This document shows, one piece after another, positions 11,946 to 25,782 of a DNA stretch of 64,000 bases. The DNA comes from Octopus sinensis (lineage: Eukaryota): assembly GCF_006345805.1 (NCBI RefSeq), contig NC_042999.1, positions 114,452,001 to 114,516,000 on the forward strand, written 5' to 3'. The position numbers were made by a program, and so were the translations under genes. Below the pieces are notes generated by a model. The model searched no databases, was not told where the DNA came from, and worked only from the letters and a program-made list of their open reading frames with translations. Within the stretch, counting starts at the first letter, position 1, and the number at the start of each line of letters is the position of its first letter.

Positions 11946-12639
11946 ACAAATATGAAATACAACAACAAAAAGTGCAACAACTAACGTGCAGAATTTTCCA
12001 GAAGTCGGTTTTTATTTAATGTGAGTGGAGTGATTATATTGTCTTTCCTCCCTAAATGATTACGAAAGCCAGGCAATATGTATGTATCAACTAATTAATT
12101 AGGAGAGAGCAACATCTATAATAGCTTGCTCTAGTTTGATGATAATGTTCGTTTATTGCCTTTTCTTCTTTCCTTACTACCTAACTATTCTTTCTTTCTC
12201 TCTTTCTAGCAATTAATTTACGAGAAGAGAGAGAGAGAGAGAGAGAGAGAGTGAGAGAGAGAGTGAGAAAGAGAGAGTACAAATTGTTTAGAGAATGCTT
12301 TCAAGAACAAATGAAACGTTTGTTGTATGAAAAAATAAAAAAAATAAACCAGTGAAATATATATATATAAAAACAGCTAAAAATAAAGAGAGAGAAAGAA
12401 GGAAAGGAAGGAAGGAAGGAAGGGGAGAGTTGAACAAAAGCTGTATTAAGTAAGTGAACAGCTTGATTTTTTCATAGCGTTATTCATTGGAATATTATTT
12501 ATTACTGGTTAAATGAGTAGGGTAAAAAGACACCGGCAGCTCACTATTATATACTATGAACGGCGATATATTATCACCGGTGCAAACTTTGATTAAAACA
12601 AAGAGAAAAGAAGAGTGAGACAATGAATGAGACAGGGAC

Positions 12640-12683
<44 letters not shown>

Positions 12684-12748
12684 TGAGGATGGGAGACATA
12701 CAGAAAGAATGAAGTAGGGGTATATATTATATATATATATATAATATA

Positions 12749-12800
<52 letters not shown>

Positions 12801-13340
12801 ATATATACACACACACATACACATACACATAGAGAGAGAATGGAAAAAACAAATGTGTTACAGTTCATTTCGAGGCTGCAATGAATAGAGCAAGAAAAAC
12901 AATGGTTTAGAAACACGATTCATCGCGGTTTAATTTCGTGTGGTAAATAGCTTTGGCAGCGCCTCAGGATAACACTTTACTTTTGTGTTCTGTCGATTAT
13001 TGCCCACCAATTAACACTTAATAAATGAAATCATAAAACCGTTGCTTCATTGCCTTACTCAATTACACGGCAGAGAAACACATTTACGCACGGCGATATA
13101 TAATACATACGCGTACAACACGTGAATACGTGCATATACACACACACACACACACAGATACAAAGGCAACATAATTCATACTGTATGCATGTGCACTTAC
13201 ATATATATATATGTGTGTGTGTGTGTGTATGTATATATATATATATATATATGTGTGTGTATGTGTGTATGTATATATATGTGTGTGTGTGTGTGTGTGT
13301 ATATATACGTGTGTGATTGTAAATAATTATATATGTAAAT

Positions 13341-13514
13341 AGGCGCGGGCGTGGGTGTACGGTAAGAAGTTTGTTTCCTAAATACATGGTTCTGGGTTCA
13401 GTGTCATCGTGTGGTACCTTGGGCTACTCTAGATATATATATATATATATATATATTAAGGCGATGCTCCAGCACGGCCACAGTCACATGACTGAAACAA
13501 GTAAACAAATAAAA

Positions 13515-13518
<4 letters not shown>
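13341..13518 (+). mobile_element. SINE group A, internally deleted (head plus tail)
   Basis: Head at 13341-13430 and tail GGCGATGCTCCAGCACGGCCACAGTCACATGACTGAAACAAG. Confidence 0.75.
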
Positions 13519-13574
<56 letters not shown>

Positions 13575-13586
13575 CGAGAGAGAGAA

Positions 13587-13623
<37 letters not shown>

Positions 13624-14429
13624 ACAGATGAGATCCAAAGATTCTCGATATAGAATGCTCCTAATAGCGCTCAAATGCTTCGGGCTTAGACTCCGATGTC
13701 TTTACGAGGGACCAATTCTGCGGTGTAAAGAGAGGCTATAAGAGGAATCCAGGTGAGCAGATATGGAGGCAGTTATGCAGATCAACAAATTAGATATGTC
13801 AGGTCACTTTCTCTTTCATGGATCTTGTTATCATTTAGCCCTTGCTGATCCATTACTGAACAGACATATGACCAAAAGCATTCCAGATAGTACCGTCTCC
13901 CGTTTGTTTAAATACACAGTATACTTCGAACTACATTATCCAATGTGTCGTTGATGACAGATATGGTTTGAAGGAAATTTCGCTGCTATTTCAAGCAATG
14001 CAAATGACTGACCACCTAGAGTCTCCTTCACTGACTGTCATTTAATGATAGTGACAGTTATAGTTCAGTGTCATATCTCAAAGAGATTTCTCAAACAGTA
14101 GTATGGTGTTTGTCGATCAAACACTTTACGAGATGCCAAGCTTCAATTTTAGTCGACCACCTCTTCATACCATTCCTACCTCCCATATTTACTTTCAGTG
14201 TATATTTTGTACGTTAAACAATCATTTGTCGAGTTACCTTCGCATGTCTTTTTCTTTTGTTATTTTCTCTTTATTTTATATGTTTTACTTTATATACCAC
14301 CTGAACATTACAAAGAAAGTCAACGCCATTTGCTTTAAATATAGAATAGAACTACAACATTAAAACAGGCTACGAAGTCAAAAACACAAGGAAGCATAAA
14401 CATTGACATACGCTTATGCATACGTACGT

Positions 14430-14522
14430 ACGTACATACATACATACATACATACATACATACATACATACATACATACATACATACATACAAGCATGTA
14501 TATATACTCAGATATATATACG

Positions 14523-14587
<65 letters not shown>

Positions 14588-14800
14588 GTCTATCTGTCTG
14601 TCTGTCTGTCTGTCTGTCTACATATATACACCTAAATATATGCGTGTTTTTATGTATGCTTGTATGTTTGTATATGTATTTATACATGTATGTATGTATG
14701 TATGTATGTATGTATGTATGTATGCATGCATGCATGTATGTATGTATGTTTGTATGTATGTATGTATGTATGTATGTATGTATTATGTATGTATGTATGT
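14430..14800. repeat. Compound tetranucleotide microsatellite (TACA)n/(TCTA)n/(TCTG)n/(TATG)n
   Basis: Direct inspection. Confidence 0.95.
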
Positions 14801-15259
14801 ATAAAGGGGTTTTAACAAGCCTGGTAGTTTGTTAGTCGTCGGAATGCGATGAAGTAAAATAAATCTTGCAGGTGTTTACTGATTCAATGATAGTTTCAAC
14901 AAACGATAGGTTATTTGATTTCACTTCTTTTTTTTTTCTTGCTATTTCTTTCTTTCCAGCAACCATCAGTCAAAAATGTGTGAAAACCCCTCCAAATCGC
15001 ACATAGTGACGTTGAAACGCCGAGCGAAATGCACACAATTGCTGAATTCTTGGTATGGGAAACTGTACAGAAGTAACTGAAAATGTCAGGAGTCTTAAGA
15101 TGTGCCAAGATTTCACAAGGAGCTGTAAGATTTTATGATGGAAAAAAAGAATACCAGTAGACATCTATTATTTTTGTGTGTGCTGCTGCATGGCTAAAAT
15201 TCACCTTGATTGCCGGTTGTATGTTCGGAATGTTTAGAGTCAAATGTAGGATATAGGTA

Positions 15260-15440
15260 CTCACTCACTCACTCACTCACTCACTCACTCACTCACTCAC
15301 TCACTCACTCACTCACTCACTCACTCATTCACTCATTCACTCACTCACTCACTCATTCATTCACTCACTCACTCACTCACTCACTCACTCACTCACTCAC
15401 TCACTCACTCACTCACTCACTCACTCACTCACTCATTCCT
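15260..15440. repeat. (TCAC)n microsatellite grading into (TTCC)n-like sequence
   Basis: Direct inspection. Confidence 0.95.
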
Positions 15441-15669
15441 TTTTGCCTTCCTTCACTCACTCCTTCCTACCTTCCTTCCTCCATTCACTCACTCATTCCT
15501 TCACTCTTTCCTTCATTCCTTCCTTCCTTCACTCATTCCTTTCTTTCTTTCTTTCTCTTCTTTCTTCCTTCCTTCACTCACTCACTTTCATTTGGTCACT
15601 CACTCAAACACTCACTTATGCACATGTACATATATATACATATGTATACACATATTTTAATTTATATAA

Positions 15670-15724
<55 letters not shown>

Positions 15725-16295
15725 CACATATATATATGTATAGATATGTATACATATATATATATGTGTGTGTTTATTGTTCCGTTAAGGCAGGATCAAC
15801 AAAAAAAGTACTCCATCTAGTGAGAGATAAATAACTTTTAATGTACACACCATTTAAAATAAGAGCTACAAATAGTTTCTTGCCATAGAGACACTGAGAT
15901 TAGACAGATTTATATAACGTGCTTTGTATCTCCAGCAATCTTCGGGCTCACGACACGTGGTTAGTTCTGTTTGAAAACCAGGACGTATCTACATGCGAAA
16001 TCATGAGAAGGTTGAAGCAAAAACTGGAATGAGAAGGCAAAAGGTGAATAAAAACTGAAAAAGTAAGGAAAGAAGGGAAAAAAATTGTGAGTTATGTCTG
16101 CCTTAACCGTAGAAATCATAATGAATCTAGCTGGCGTAGAATAATTCAAAAGCCTGCGAGACAACTGTTCAATCCGGAGAGGGTGAGTCCGCCAGTTCGA
16201 CAAAAGAAATTTGTCCATGTTCTAGCGTTTGCAGAAAAGTTTGGATCTGTAATTAAGTAAATAAGTTGCATCTGTTTGGTCCATGTGCGCGTGCG

Positions 16296-16330
<35 letters not shown>

Positions 16331-16429
16331 CCGTCTATAGGGAGGAACATCTTTCGTATGTTTTGTTAAAATCACGACAGTATTCGAATTTTGTTATTAG
16401 TTTTTTTTTCTTGCAGTTAGTTTGGAACA

Positions 16430-17330
16430 ATAAAGTTTCGGAATCCATATTCAAGGTTTTCAGGCCTCGACAGTCGCACTCTCAAGAAACGAAATAAGTT
16501 AGGCGTCCGTGTAGCTTTTTATATACTGGTTGAATTCTTATACACTTTTCCGGCAATTTTTCTTTTTTATCGTTAGAATTCTACGTTAGCAACAATATGT
16601 TTGTTCTGTTAGAGGCAAGTTTTTTTTATTGTTACAGATGGAAGTTTTGTTCGCATGTTTATTTTGGAATTGTGTTGCGAAATGAATATGACTTCCGTGA
16701 TTAAATTCTTAATTTTTGCCATAAATGTTATAGGGTATTTTTCAAATATAACTTTGTCTTGTGGTGCGTACTACAGTGTATTGCGATCGCTTTTGTTGTA
16801 AATGCATAGCATATGCACTAGAGAGCGTTGTATTACTATATTCAATGTAACAGTTGGAGTCTTGAAGTTTAACTTTTAGCTTTAAAATCAAATTTGTAGA
16901 TTACATTGATTATCAGTAACTTGCTCTTGTCCTTGCACGTTTGTGGTGCGTTATTGATAAAGAGGTTTTAGTTTTAATGCTTTTGTAGTAAGTTTATGGT
17001 CGGGTGTAATGCGCGGTGTGTTCAGATCTACGAGGTTTTTTATTATTCATTCATTTGTCCAATAGCTGTTATGCATTTAATCCATACCATAGATTTTGTG
17101 AGTATTTTTATTGGATGTATTTTCTGAGGTGTTTAGTGTATTATATTTGTATTTGTATTCTTCTATACCTCGCTTTACTTCCCGGCTGGAATATCCATTG
17201 TTAATTAATGCTTGTTTTACTCCGTAGATTTCTTTCTGTAATGCCTTGTTTGTGGACAAGAATTTAAATGCTCTTCATAGGAGTGGCTTTACCACTGACG
17301 TCTTATAGTTGTCTAGATGTTTACTGTCTT
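16430..17330 (-). mobile_element. Penelope-like retroelement relic: RT C-terminal linker plus GIY-YIG endonuclease plus 3' repeat
   Basis: Minus strand: YKTSVVK..RAFKFLSTNKALQKEIYGVKQALINNGYS, then NVIYKF..CYIEYSNTTLS..MHLQQKAIAIHCSTHH..ITEVIFISQHNSKIN (degenerate GIY-YIG); frameshifted. Confidence 0.75.
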
Positions 17331-17563
17331 CATATAGATATAGTCATTATTTTAATTCTTTTGCGTATACCAACGTAATGTATCTGTTTTTTCAATTTGT
17401 ATGTTTATTCTTCAAAATGTATCTGCTTTTAAACTACAATACAGTCCGATATAAAGAAAAGCTATTTCCATATATTCGAATACATACATGTCTACAGACA
17501 TACGTACATACATTTATACAAATTTACATCCATACATGCACACTCACAGATACACCCACGTAC

Positions 17564-18047
<484 letters not shown>

Positions 18048-18063
18048 AATAATAATAATAATA

Positions 18064-18116
<53 letters not shown>

Positions 18117-18117
<1 letters not shown>

Positions 18118-18343
18118 GGCATGATAAAAAAATATTCAGACAAATACATAACAAAAACACCAGGACTTACAAACACATATAACATACAGAAAATTGCACT
18201 ACTAGGCACTGCACACATCCTACGCAGAAGACTTTCCATACAATAACCATCAGAGCATCACAACAAATCACAACACATACCCAAGGCACACAGAGCTGCG
18301 CTCGGTAGTGAAGTGAAAGCACGCTATAAAAATAAAACTACTG

Positions 18344-18345
<2 letters not shown>
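18117..18345 (+). mobile_element. R4/Dong-clade 3' fragment 2
   Basis: GMIKKYSDKYITKTPGLTNTYNIQKIALLGTAHILRRRLSIQ* plus 3' UTR; (TAA)n on both sides. Confidence 0.8.
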
Positions 18346-18415
<70 letters not shown>

Positions 18416-18489
18416 TAATAATAATAATAATGATAATAATCCTTTCTACTAAGGCACAAGGCCTGAAATTTGTGGGGCGGGGAGGGGAC

Positions 18490-18962
18490 TAAATAATAAT
18501 ATTCTCTTCAAACGGATAAGAAGCAAGAAAATAACAAACCAGCTATAACAATAACAGACAAGAAAAAACGAAGTTGTTTATTAATTTGTTCCATCATTTC
18601 CGCTTGATTCCAGAATTGTAAAGAAAGAAGATGAAAAATTAAAAGCACAATCCTTTAAAATTTGAAATTGCAAGAAGTTGGAGTACAGAAACCGTAAATA
18701 TTGTGCCTGTAATAATTGGTGCATTGGAACCTATGAATGAAGATATAGACAAATGGTTGAAGGTGATTGGAATAGAATTCCCTGTAGAGCTTCGTCAGAA
18801 AGTTTGCTTTTCAGGAACAGGAAAGATTACCAGGATGGCTTTAAGCTCAAGAAAAACTATTAAAAGCTTGTGGATACCCAAAGTCACAGGTAATAACTTG
18901 CTACCTACATAAATTCTACCAGGAATAACATACCTGAGTCAAATGAATAATGACAATAATAA
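18490..18962 (+). mobile_element. R4/Dong-clade 3' fragment 3
   Basis: QTDKKQENNKPAITITDKKKRSCLLI..DSRIVKKEDEK..LKFEIARSWSTETVNIVPVIIGALE..LRQKVCFSGTGKITRMAL; ends in AATAATGACAATAATAA. Confidence 0.8.
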
Positions 18963-19071
18963 CCATCTATGCATCGTATTTAATGTTAATGCATCACTGA
19001 AAGACAAATTTGCCACGATATTTAACCAGAAATAACATCTTGTTTAAAAACACAATATAAATCGGAGAGAG

Positions 19072-19224
19072 ATGAATCTCATCCTAGTAGCGGCCTTGTT
19101 GAGCTTTGCCACTTCTGTGTACTCACAGTGGACCACATGCTTACAGGAGCATTGTTGTCTCATGAATATAGGTAAAGAGCGAAAAGTATTCTTTGGTATT
19201 GCGAATAGCCGCCCGGCTGAATAA
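19072..19224 (+). CDS. Candidate small secreted peptide, or first coding exon (signal peptide plus Cys-containing segment); unverified
   Basis: MNLILVAALLSFATSVYS-QWTTCLQEHCCLMNIGKERKVFFGIANSRPAE*; possible donor ATAG|GTAAAG after 19171; unique non-repetitive sequence. Confidence 0.25.
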   Translation: MNLILVAALLSFATSVYSQWTTCLQEHCCLMNIGKERKVFFGIANSRPAE

Positions 19225-20129
19225 AATCCGTTATATGAAATAGACAGTGTTAAATCAATTTTCCTGAGTTGTTTAAATCTGCTCCTTATCTATCATGTAG
19301 ACCTATGTATGTACACACGCACATAACGAGCCGTCCCTCACACATGACTCGTCACTACCTTTGTATACAAACGGACATACATACATAGATGTGTATGTAT
19401 GTATATATCTATCTATCCCCCCTCTCTCTATCTAGGCATATATATATACGTATACATACATAAATACATACATACAAGCATATACATATACATACACACA
19501 CATATGTGTGTGTGTGTGACTCCGTGTCTGTGTGCATATTAAATTGTATGTTGAATATAAATTCACATACACATATGTGTGTGTATATATATTTAATATA
19601 TATTTATGTATGTTTAAGATATGTGTGTGTGTGTGTGTGCGCGCGCGCGTGTGTGTGTATGCATATATGTAATGAAATATTGAAACTTTTTCTACGGATG
19701 GTGATATTGATCACAATATCATTTTATTCTTCTGTAAATTTAGCCCTCTAAATCGACGACAGAAATGAGGATATCTCAAGAGTATATCGTATAAATAGTA
19801 TTAATAAATCACTTATCGCACATAAAGCCCTACTGGAAATATTACTGAAATTAAATCTCTAATAAAAGTTTCACGCCTTTTTCAATGATTTAGGATATAA
19901 CACAAGTGTAACTATCTGATCGTTTATGTTTACTCTGACTGAATATACTTCCTTCGCGTTTTAGCTGATGTCTCAGCAAGTGGCCTACATTCGAAAATAG
20001 AAGGAAGACTGAAGAGACCAATTATCTGAAGAACGCGTCGAAGCTTTATTTATTTTATGTTCCTTTGCTTTCAATATGTGCGTATCTGTGTATTGCGTAT
20101 TAATATATGCATATATCATAAAATAAATG

Positions 20130-20367
20130 CGTCCTTTTAAAGCCTAGCCAGGCTCATGGGCCCGGTTTCTATGGCGTATGTGTTCTCCAGCTGGACGGGA
20201 CGCCAGTCCATCGCAGCGTTACTCATTTTTGCCAGCTGAGTGGACTGGAGCAACGTGAAATGAAGTGCTTTGCCCAAGAACACAACGCGTCGCCCGGTCC
20301 AGGAATCGAAACCACAATCTTACGACTATGGTCCTGACACCCTAACCACTAAGTCACGCGCCTCCAC
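20130..20367 (-). mobile_element. SINE group C (V-domain-like), full length
   Basis: Minus strand: tRNA head GTGGAGGCGCGTGACTTAGTGGTTAG..TTCGATTCC, then TTCTTGGGCAAAGCACTT and V-like GCTGCGATGGACTGGCGTCCCGTCCAG. Confidence 0.8.
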
Positions 20368-20370
20368 ACA

Positions 20371-20407
<37 letters not shown>

Positions 20408-20439
20408 CACACACACACACACACATACATATACATGTA

Positions 20440-20590
20440 GACTGGCACTCCGTCGGTTACGACGACGAAGGTTCCAGCCGATCCGATCAACGGAACAGCC
20501 GGTTCGTGAAATTAACGTGTATGTGGCTCTACAGGAAGATTCAGCGTGTCAGAGTGTGACAAGGCTACCCTTTGAAATACAGGTACTACT
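20440..20590 (-). mobile_element. SINE group C subtype 2, 3' part
   Basis: Reverse complement of 25920-26110. Confidence 0.75.
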
Positions 20591-20792
20591 CATACGTTCC
20601 GGTTTGTGTCCGTGATCTGCTTGGATATATCTTTGGTATTATTAGACACATTTCGGGAAGGAAAATTTTACATGAAATGTTGACTGCAGCGGCTCAAGTA
20701 GATATATGTGGTGTTTGTACTCCTGCCAAAGCTAGGAAATATTCTTTTGTGTTAACATAAATCCTTCTGTGTACCAGTTCGTGATGTACTAT

Positions 20793-20836
<44 letters not shown>

Positions 20837-20919
20837 TGGATAAATGAAAGACAAGCTAACTCTAGTGGAAACAAATTCTCTGTAAAGAGTCCAACACCCA
20901 CATGTACATAGAAATATGC

Positions 20920-20990
<71 letters not shown>

Positions 20991-21507
20991 CATAATACAT
21001 ATATATACACAATAAATATAATATATATACATACACACACACACACACACGTATATATATACATATATAACATACACACACATACATCACACTGTTTCAC
21101 AATCGCCTAGTCTATCGCTTGTTGTTATACACACATTGCGCTTCATCACACTGAATAATACCACCCACCCTCACTGGCTAGGCATGCAGGTCAACATTCG
21201 CCAGTCTGCCCAGGATTACCTATTTAAAGCTGAGTCGACTGAGCAATGTGAAATGAAGTGTTTTGCTCAAGAATACAAAGCAACACCGATCTGGTAATAG
21301 AAACCAGCTTCTTGAGATCGAGAAACCGACACCTTCACCACCCGGCTACACGTCTTCGTATGTATGTGTGTGTGCGCGCGTGTATGTTATATATAATACA
21401 CATACGCACACATATATAGACGTAGATATAGATATAGATGTATATGTTTTAATATATATAATATATAAATATATATAATATATATATATATACATACATA
21501 TATATAT

Positions 21508-21559
<52 letters not shown>

Positions 21560-21702
21560 TATATATATACAATATATATGTTACATATGTTCACATATAT
21601 GAATACATATGTACATATATATGTATCTCTTGCTCTCTCTCTCCTTCTATAAATATATATATATATATACGTATAAGAAACACCACCACACACACACACA
21701 CA

Positions 21703-21766
<64 letters not shown>

Positions 21767-22204
21767 ATGTTGCACTTCTATTATATCGACACTTTAAAGT
21801 TAAAAATTCTACATTGAAATTAAACCATTGACATAAAGAATTTAGTTTATTGTAATTAAATAAATAAATAAAAAATTAAATATAATGAATAAATATAAAT
21901 TCTGTTGACAAATGTCATATAATGACAGGGAATGTGAGTAGTTGGGAGTTACCGTTGTAGGTATTGATGTCGACAATCTAATTACTTACATTGTTATATA
22001 GTGACAGGATGAATATGAACATACTAGACAATTCCAGAGATATTGTGTTGTTACTTCTATGACATCAATCCGTATGTCTGTCTCAACAATCTTTATCTAT
22101 TCATCTATTTTTGAAGCAATTCTTCCAGTCAACCAACCAGCCATCTAATTCTATCTATCCATCCCTCACACCATTCAATCATTCTTCCATCCGTACATAC
22201 AAGT

Positions 22205-22491
<287 letters not shown>

Positions 22492-22683
22492 TATGTATAT
22501 ATTCAACATGAAAATGTTTGGTGACTGGTACGTAGTGTGTATGTGTATGTATATTTGTAGTGTAATATATGGATTTACAGAATTGTGTGATTATCACAAA
22601 AAGCTCCTCTGGCGGTCTCGGCTAACATACAGAGGATTATAATGCAGAATTCCATGCACCTGAAATCCAGGAGGTATGAGAGA

Positions 22684-22752
<69 letters not shown>

Positions 22753-23632
22753 TGTATATAACTACTTCTCATCTTTAGGATTACAACTGTTTCGCAGCCT
22801 TGTTCATATAATAATAATTTCTGTGTATAATAAATTATGTTTAAATGTCTGTGCTAATATGCATGCCACATTATATAATGCAAATGTATATTCATAAATC
22901 CATGCATGTAAAGAAAGCAGCTCATCAGATCATCAAAATAACATGCTTACACCAATGCTTCAACCCTAAGTATACATACATTTTCTTTTTATGTATAAAG
23001 TGTATGGAAAACCGTAACTAGATAAAATTCACTTTGTATGGTCAGTAAAAATAAAGATATCTTGTTTCATGCCAATTAAAGCACTGAGTCTAAGTTTAGG
23101 GAAATTGAATATCCTTAATGTTAACAAAAGATAGGAAAAGATACGGAGAGGAATAAAAGTAGGTATAGCAAATATTAACAAAAAAATATATGAAATAAGT
23201 AGTTTTAAAAAATATAATATTATAATAATATAAATAAATTCAATAGGGAAGAGACAGCCGAAGATAAAAAGATTTAACCAAGCGGTAGTATTTAACAACA
23301 GTAATTTTCAAATAGGGTTAAAAGATTAAAAGACCCCACATAAAAGCCTCTGGACCTTAATTTTAATTGCATTTTCTAACCACATCTCAAAGTACTTCCT
23401 ATTTCAATCCAAACGGGTTTGAACATAAAACACGCAGAGTTCTTAGAATTTTGTTGCATCAACTTGCAAGTTGTTTTCTTCAACCCATTTATATATGGCT
23501 TCTAGATTTTTCTATAGAAGATTAGCCTCGAGGGGATTCTTGACATCTTGTGCTACTTTTGTATAATTAGTATAGCTAGTAAGAGTGGCTGCCTATATAA
23601 CAGCATGTCTCAGAGAGCCATCACAATTATAA

Positions 23633-23840
23633 AGTTAATCCAAACATGAAAACACAAAGAGAAAACACAACAACGCGAGGACGTGGAACAAGTATAGTGT
23701 TATTGGACGCTCAGGAAAGGAGAGAAAGAAGGAGGATTTAACGTTTCGAGCGGAGCTCTTCGTCAGAAACATAGGAAAAGGAAAGATCCAAAGAAGGAAA
23801 GACAGAGGAAAAAAAATCGCCAACGATACACACGCGGGAA
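23633..23840 (-). mobile_element. Penelope-like terminal repeat (family P3)
   Basis: Homologous to 4070-4183 and carries a hammerhead core. Confidence 0.7.
23736..23770 (-). ncRNA. Minimal type I hammerhead ribozyme motif
   Basis: Minus strand GUUU-CUGACGA-A-GAGC-UCC-GCUC-GAAA-CGUU-AAAU: conserved CUGANGA and GAAA boxes, 4-bp stem II, palindromic AACGUU stem III, 4-bp stem I. Confidence 0.7.
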
Positions 23841-25782
23841 AGAGCAAAACTGTTTGTAATATGTCGTATGCAGATTAAGTAAATTTTAAAACAAGACCTA
23901 TTTCCTCAATAGAGAATGCTGTAGATTGCACGGTGATGCATATGTTCTCGGATTTCTGGAAACTCCAGATTTTTGGAAGCCGGATAAGAAGTCTGTTACT
24001 GTGTAACAAAATACTAGTAATTGAATTGCAGAATTAAATTATGCTGAAGAGAATTTTCTAAAAAATTCTCTACTGATTTTTATAGGCGACAACTTAATTT
24101 CTGATCTGAAACAATAAAATTAAAAAAAAAAGAAAGCCCAGGTTCAGTTTAAACTATTGACTTAAAGAATTTAGTTCATCGACATATTTGGTCAATGGGA
24201 AAGATTTACTGAAGATTTGAAATGGAACAGTCTCGAGAGTCTCGAAGTTAGCATTCTAAGTAGTGATGCCAGGAATCCAATTAGCAGCTTTGTTAAAATT
24301 TGGCAGATTATGCGTAAATATCCACCAAATTTATCTATATATTTATCTGTCTCTCTTTATCTCTTTCTCTTATTGTATACTCATGTGTGTGTTCATATAC
24401 GACACACATACATACATGTGTGGGTGTGTATATGTACATATATATATAGTCATACTTAAGCACACATACATACATATATACTCGTACATTTATATGTGTG
24501 AGTGTGTTTATGTGTCTATGCGTTCGTACGTGCGTGTATGTGCGCGCACACACGAATTCACTTAACCGAATGGTTATGAAATTCGCGTTGCAATCACGTG
24601 GCCGCGGTTTCGAGCCTATTGTGTGATATATTGGGTATTGTGTAAATGTTTTTTCTTTTTTCGTTTTTGATAGTCTTCAGATCGATCCATGTCTTGTTAG
24701 TAAAATTTGGAAAACGGTCGGATTGATGGTATATCTAATTCAAAAGTCCATCCTTGTCACTCAGAATATTACGCTGGAGAAAATGACTTTCGGAATTTGC
24801 ATCTGAACAAATACCGCTGATGTAACAATTCACGAATGCACTGTAGTCGTTGTAATTTAGGAATAAAACTTGGGTTATGCATTCAAATAATTACAGATTC
24901 AGAATACATTTAGCTAATTCTTGCACCGTATTATGAATGCAAGAATAGCCGACCGGTTTAGAAGTTCGCTTCACCGTTATGTTGCTCTGGGTTCAATCTC
25001 ATTGCGTGGTATAGAAGCTGTGTCAAAGTCCGTTGGATATATTTTATCTGTAATTCAAAGGACCAGCCTTGTCACAGGTTTTGAATTGAGGAAGATTTGG
25101 CTGCTATCTCACCTAGTAATTCGAGTGATCGCATTGAGGCTCCTTTATAGGATCTTGGAGCAAAGTAAACAGGATTCTAAACGACAGGAGAATTACATTA
25201 AATGTACGCGTTATATTAATTCCTCAAATTGATTACTACTTATTTTATCGATCTAGATCGAAGGATAATTTACGCCGACTCTAGCAATATGAACTCAGGC
25301 ATAAAGAGGCTTAATTAAAACACTGCAAGGCATTTCGTCTCCTGCTTTTTACTGTAACCTAATTAAATTTTTCGTTTGTGAGGTTCGATCTCTTCCAAGA
25401 TCAATTGATTAACAATTTTTAATTTTATTCAAGTAAAAGTTTCAGGCTTCTCTGACATTCACTGCCCACTTCTAAGGAGAAATAAAACGAAAAGGAACTC
25501 TTTTCCTTTAAAACAAACATACACAACCTTTTCCGAGAAGTAAGCAGCATGACACATGGCTCGTCAAGATAATTTTTTGTTGGCGTGTTATTCAGAAAGT
25601 CCTGCGGTTTGCAGTTTGCTCATGACTGATTTAAAACCAAGTGGATACTTCATACTAATTTATTCTGTACTAATTTATGTTGGTTATCTCCTGAAATAAA
25701 GTCATCCGCACGTCGGCGAAATAACGCGGTAGTAGTCGTAGTAAGGAAATATAAATCTTTTACATTGTCTTACACAATATAT

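Noticed and set aside
13628-13758. Strong donor CCAG|GTGAGC with upstream ATG
   Set aside because: The ATG frame stops before the donor and there is no pyrimidine-rich acceptor
14800-15240. Possible mariner 5' relic
   Set aside because: Only a faint transposase N-terminal resemblance; no convincing TIR pair
16113-16188. Potential plus-strand micro-exon ending AGG|GTGAGT
   Set aside because: Weak acceptor and no recognisable peptide
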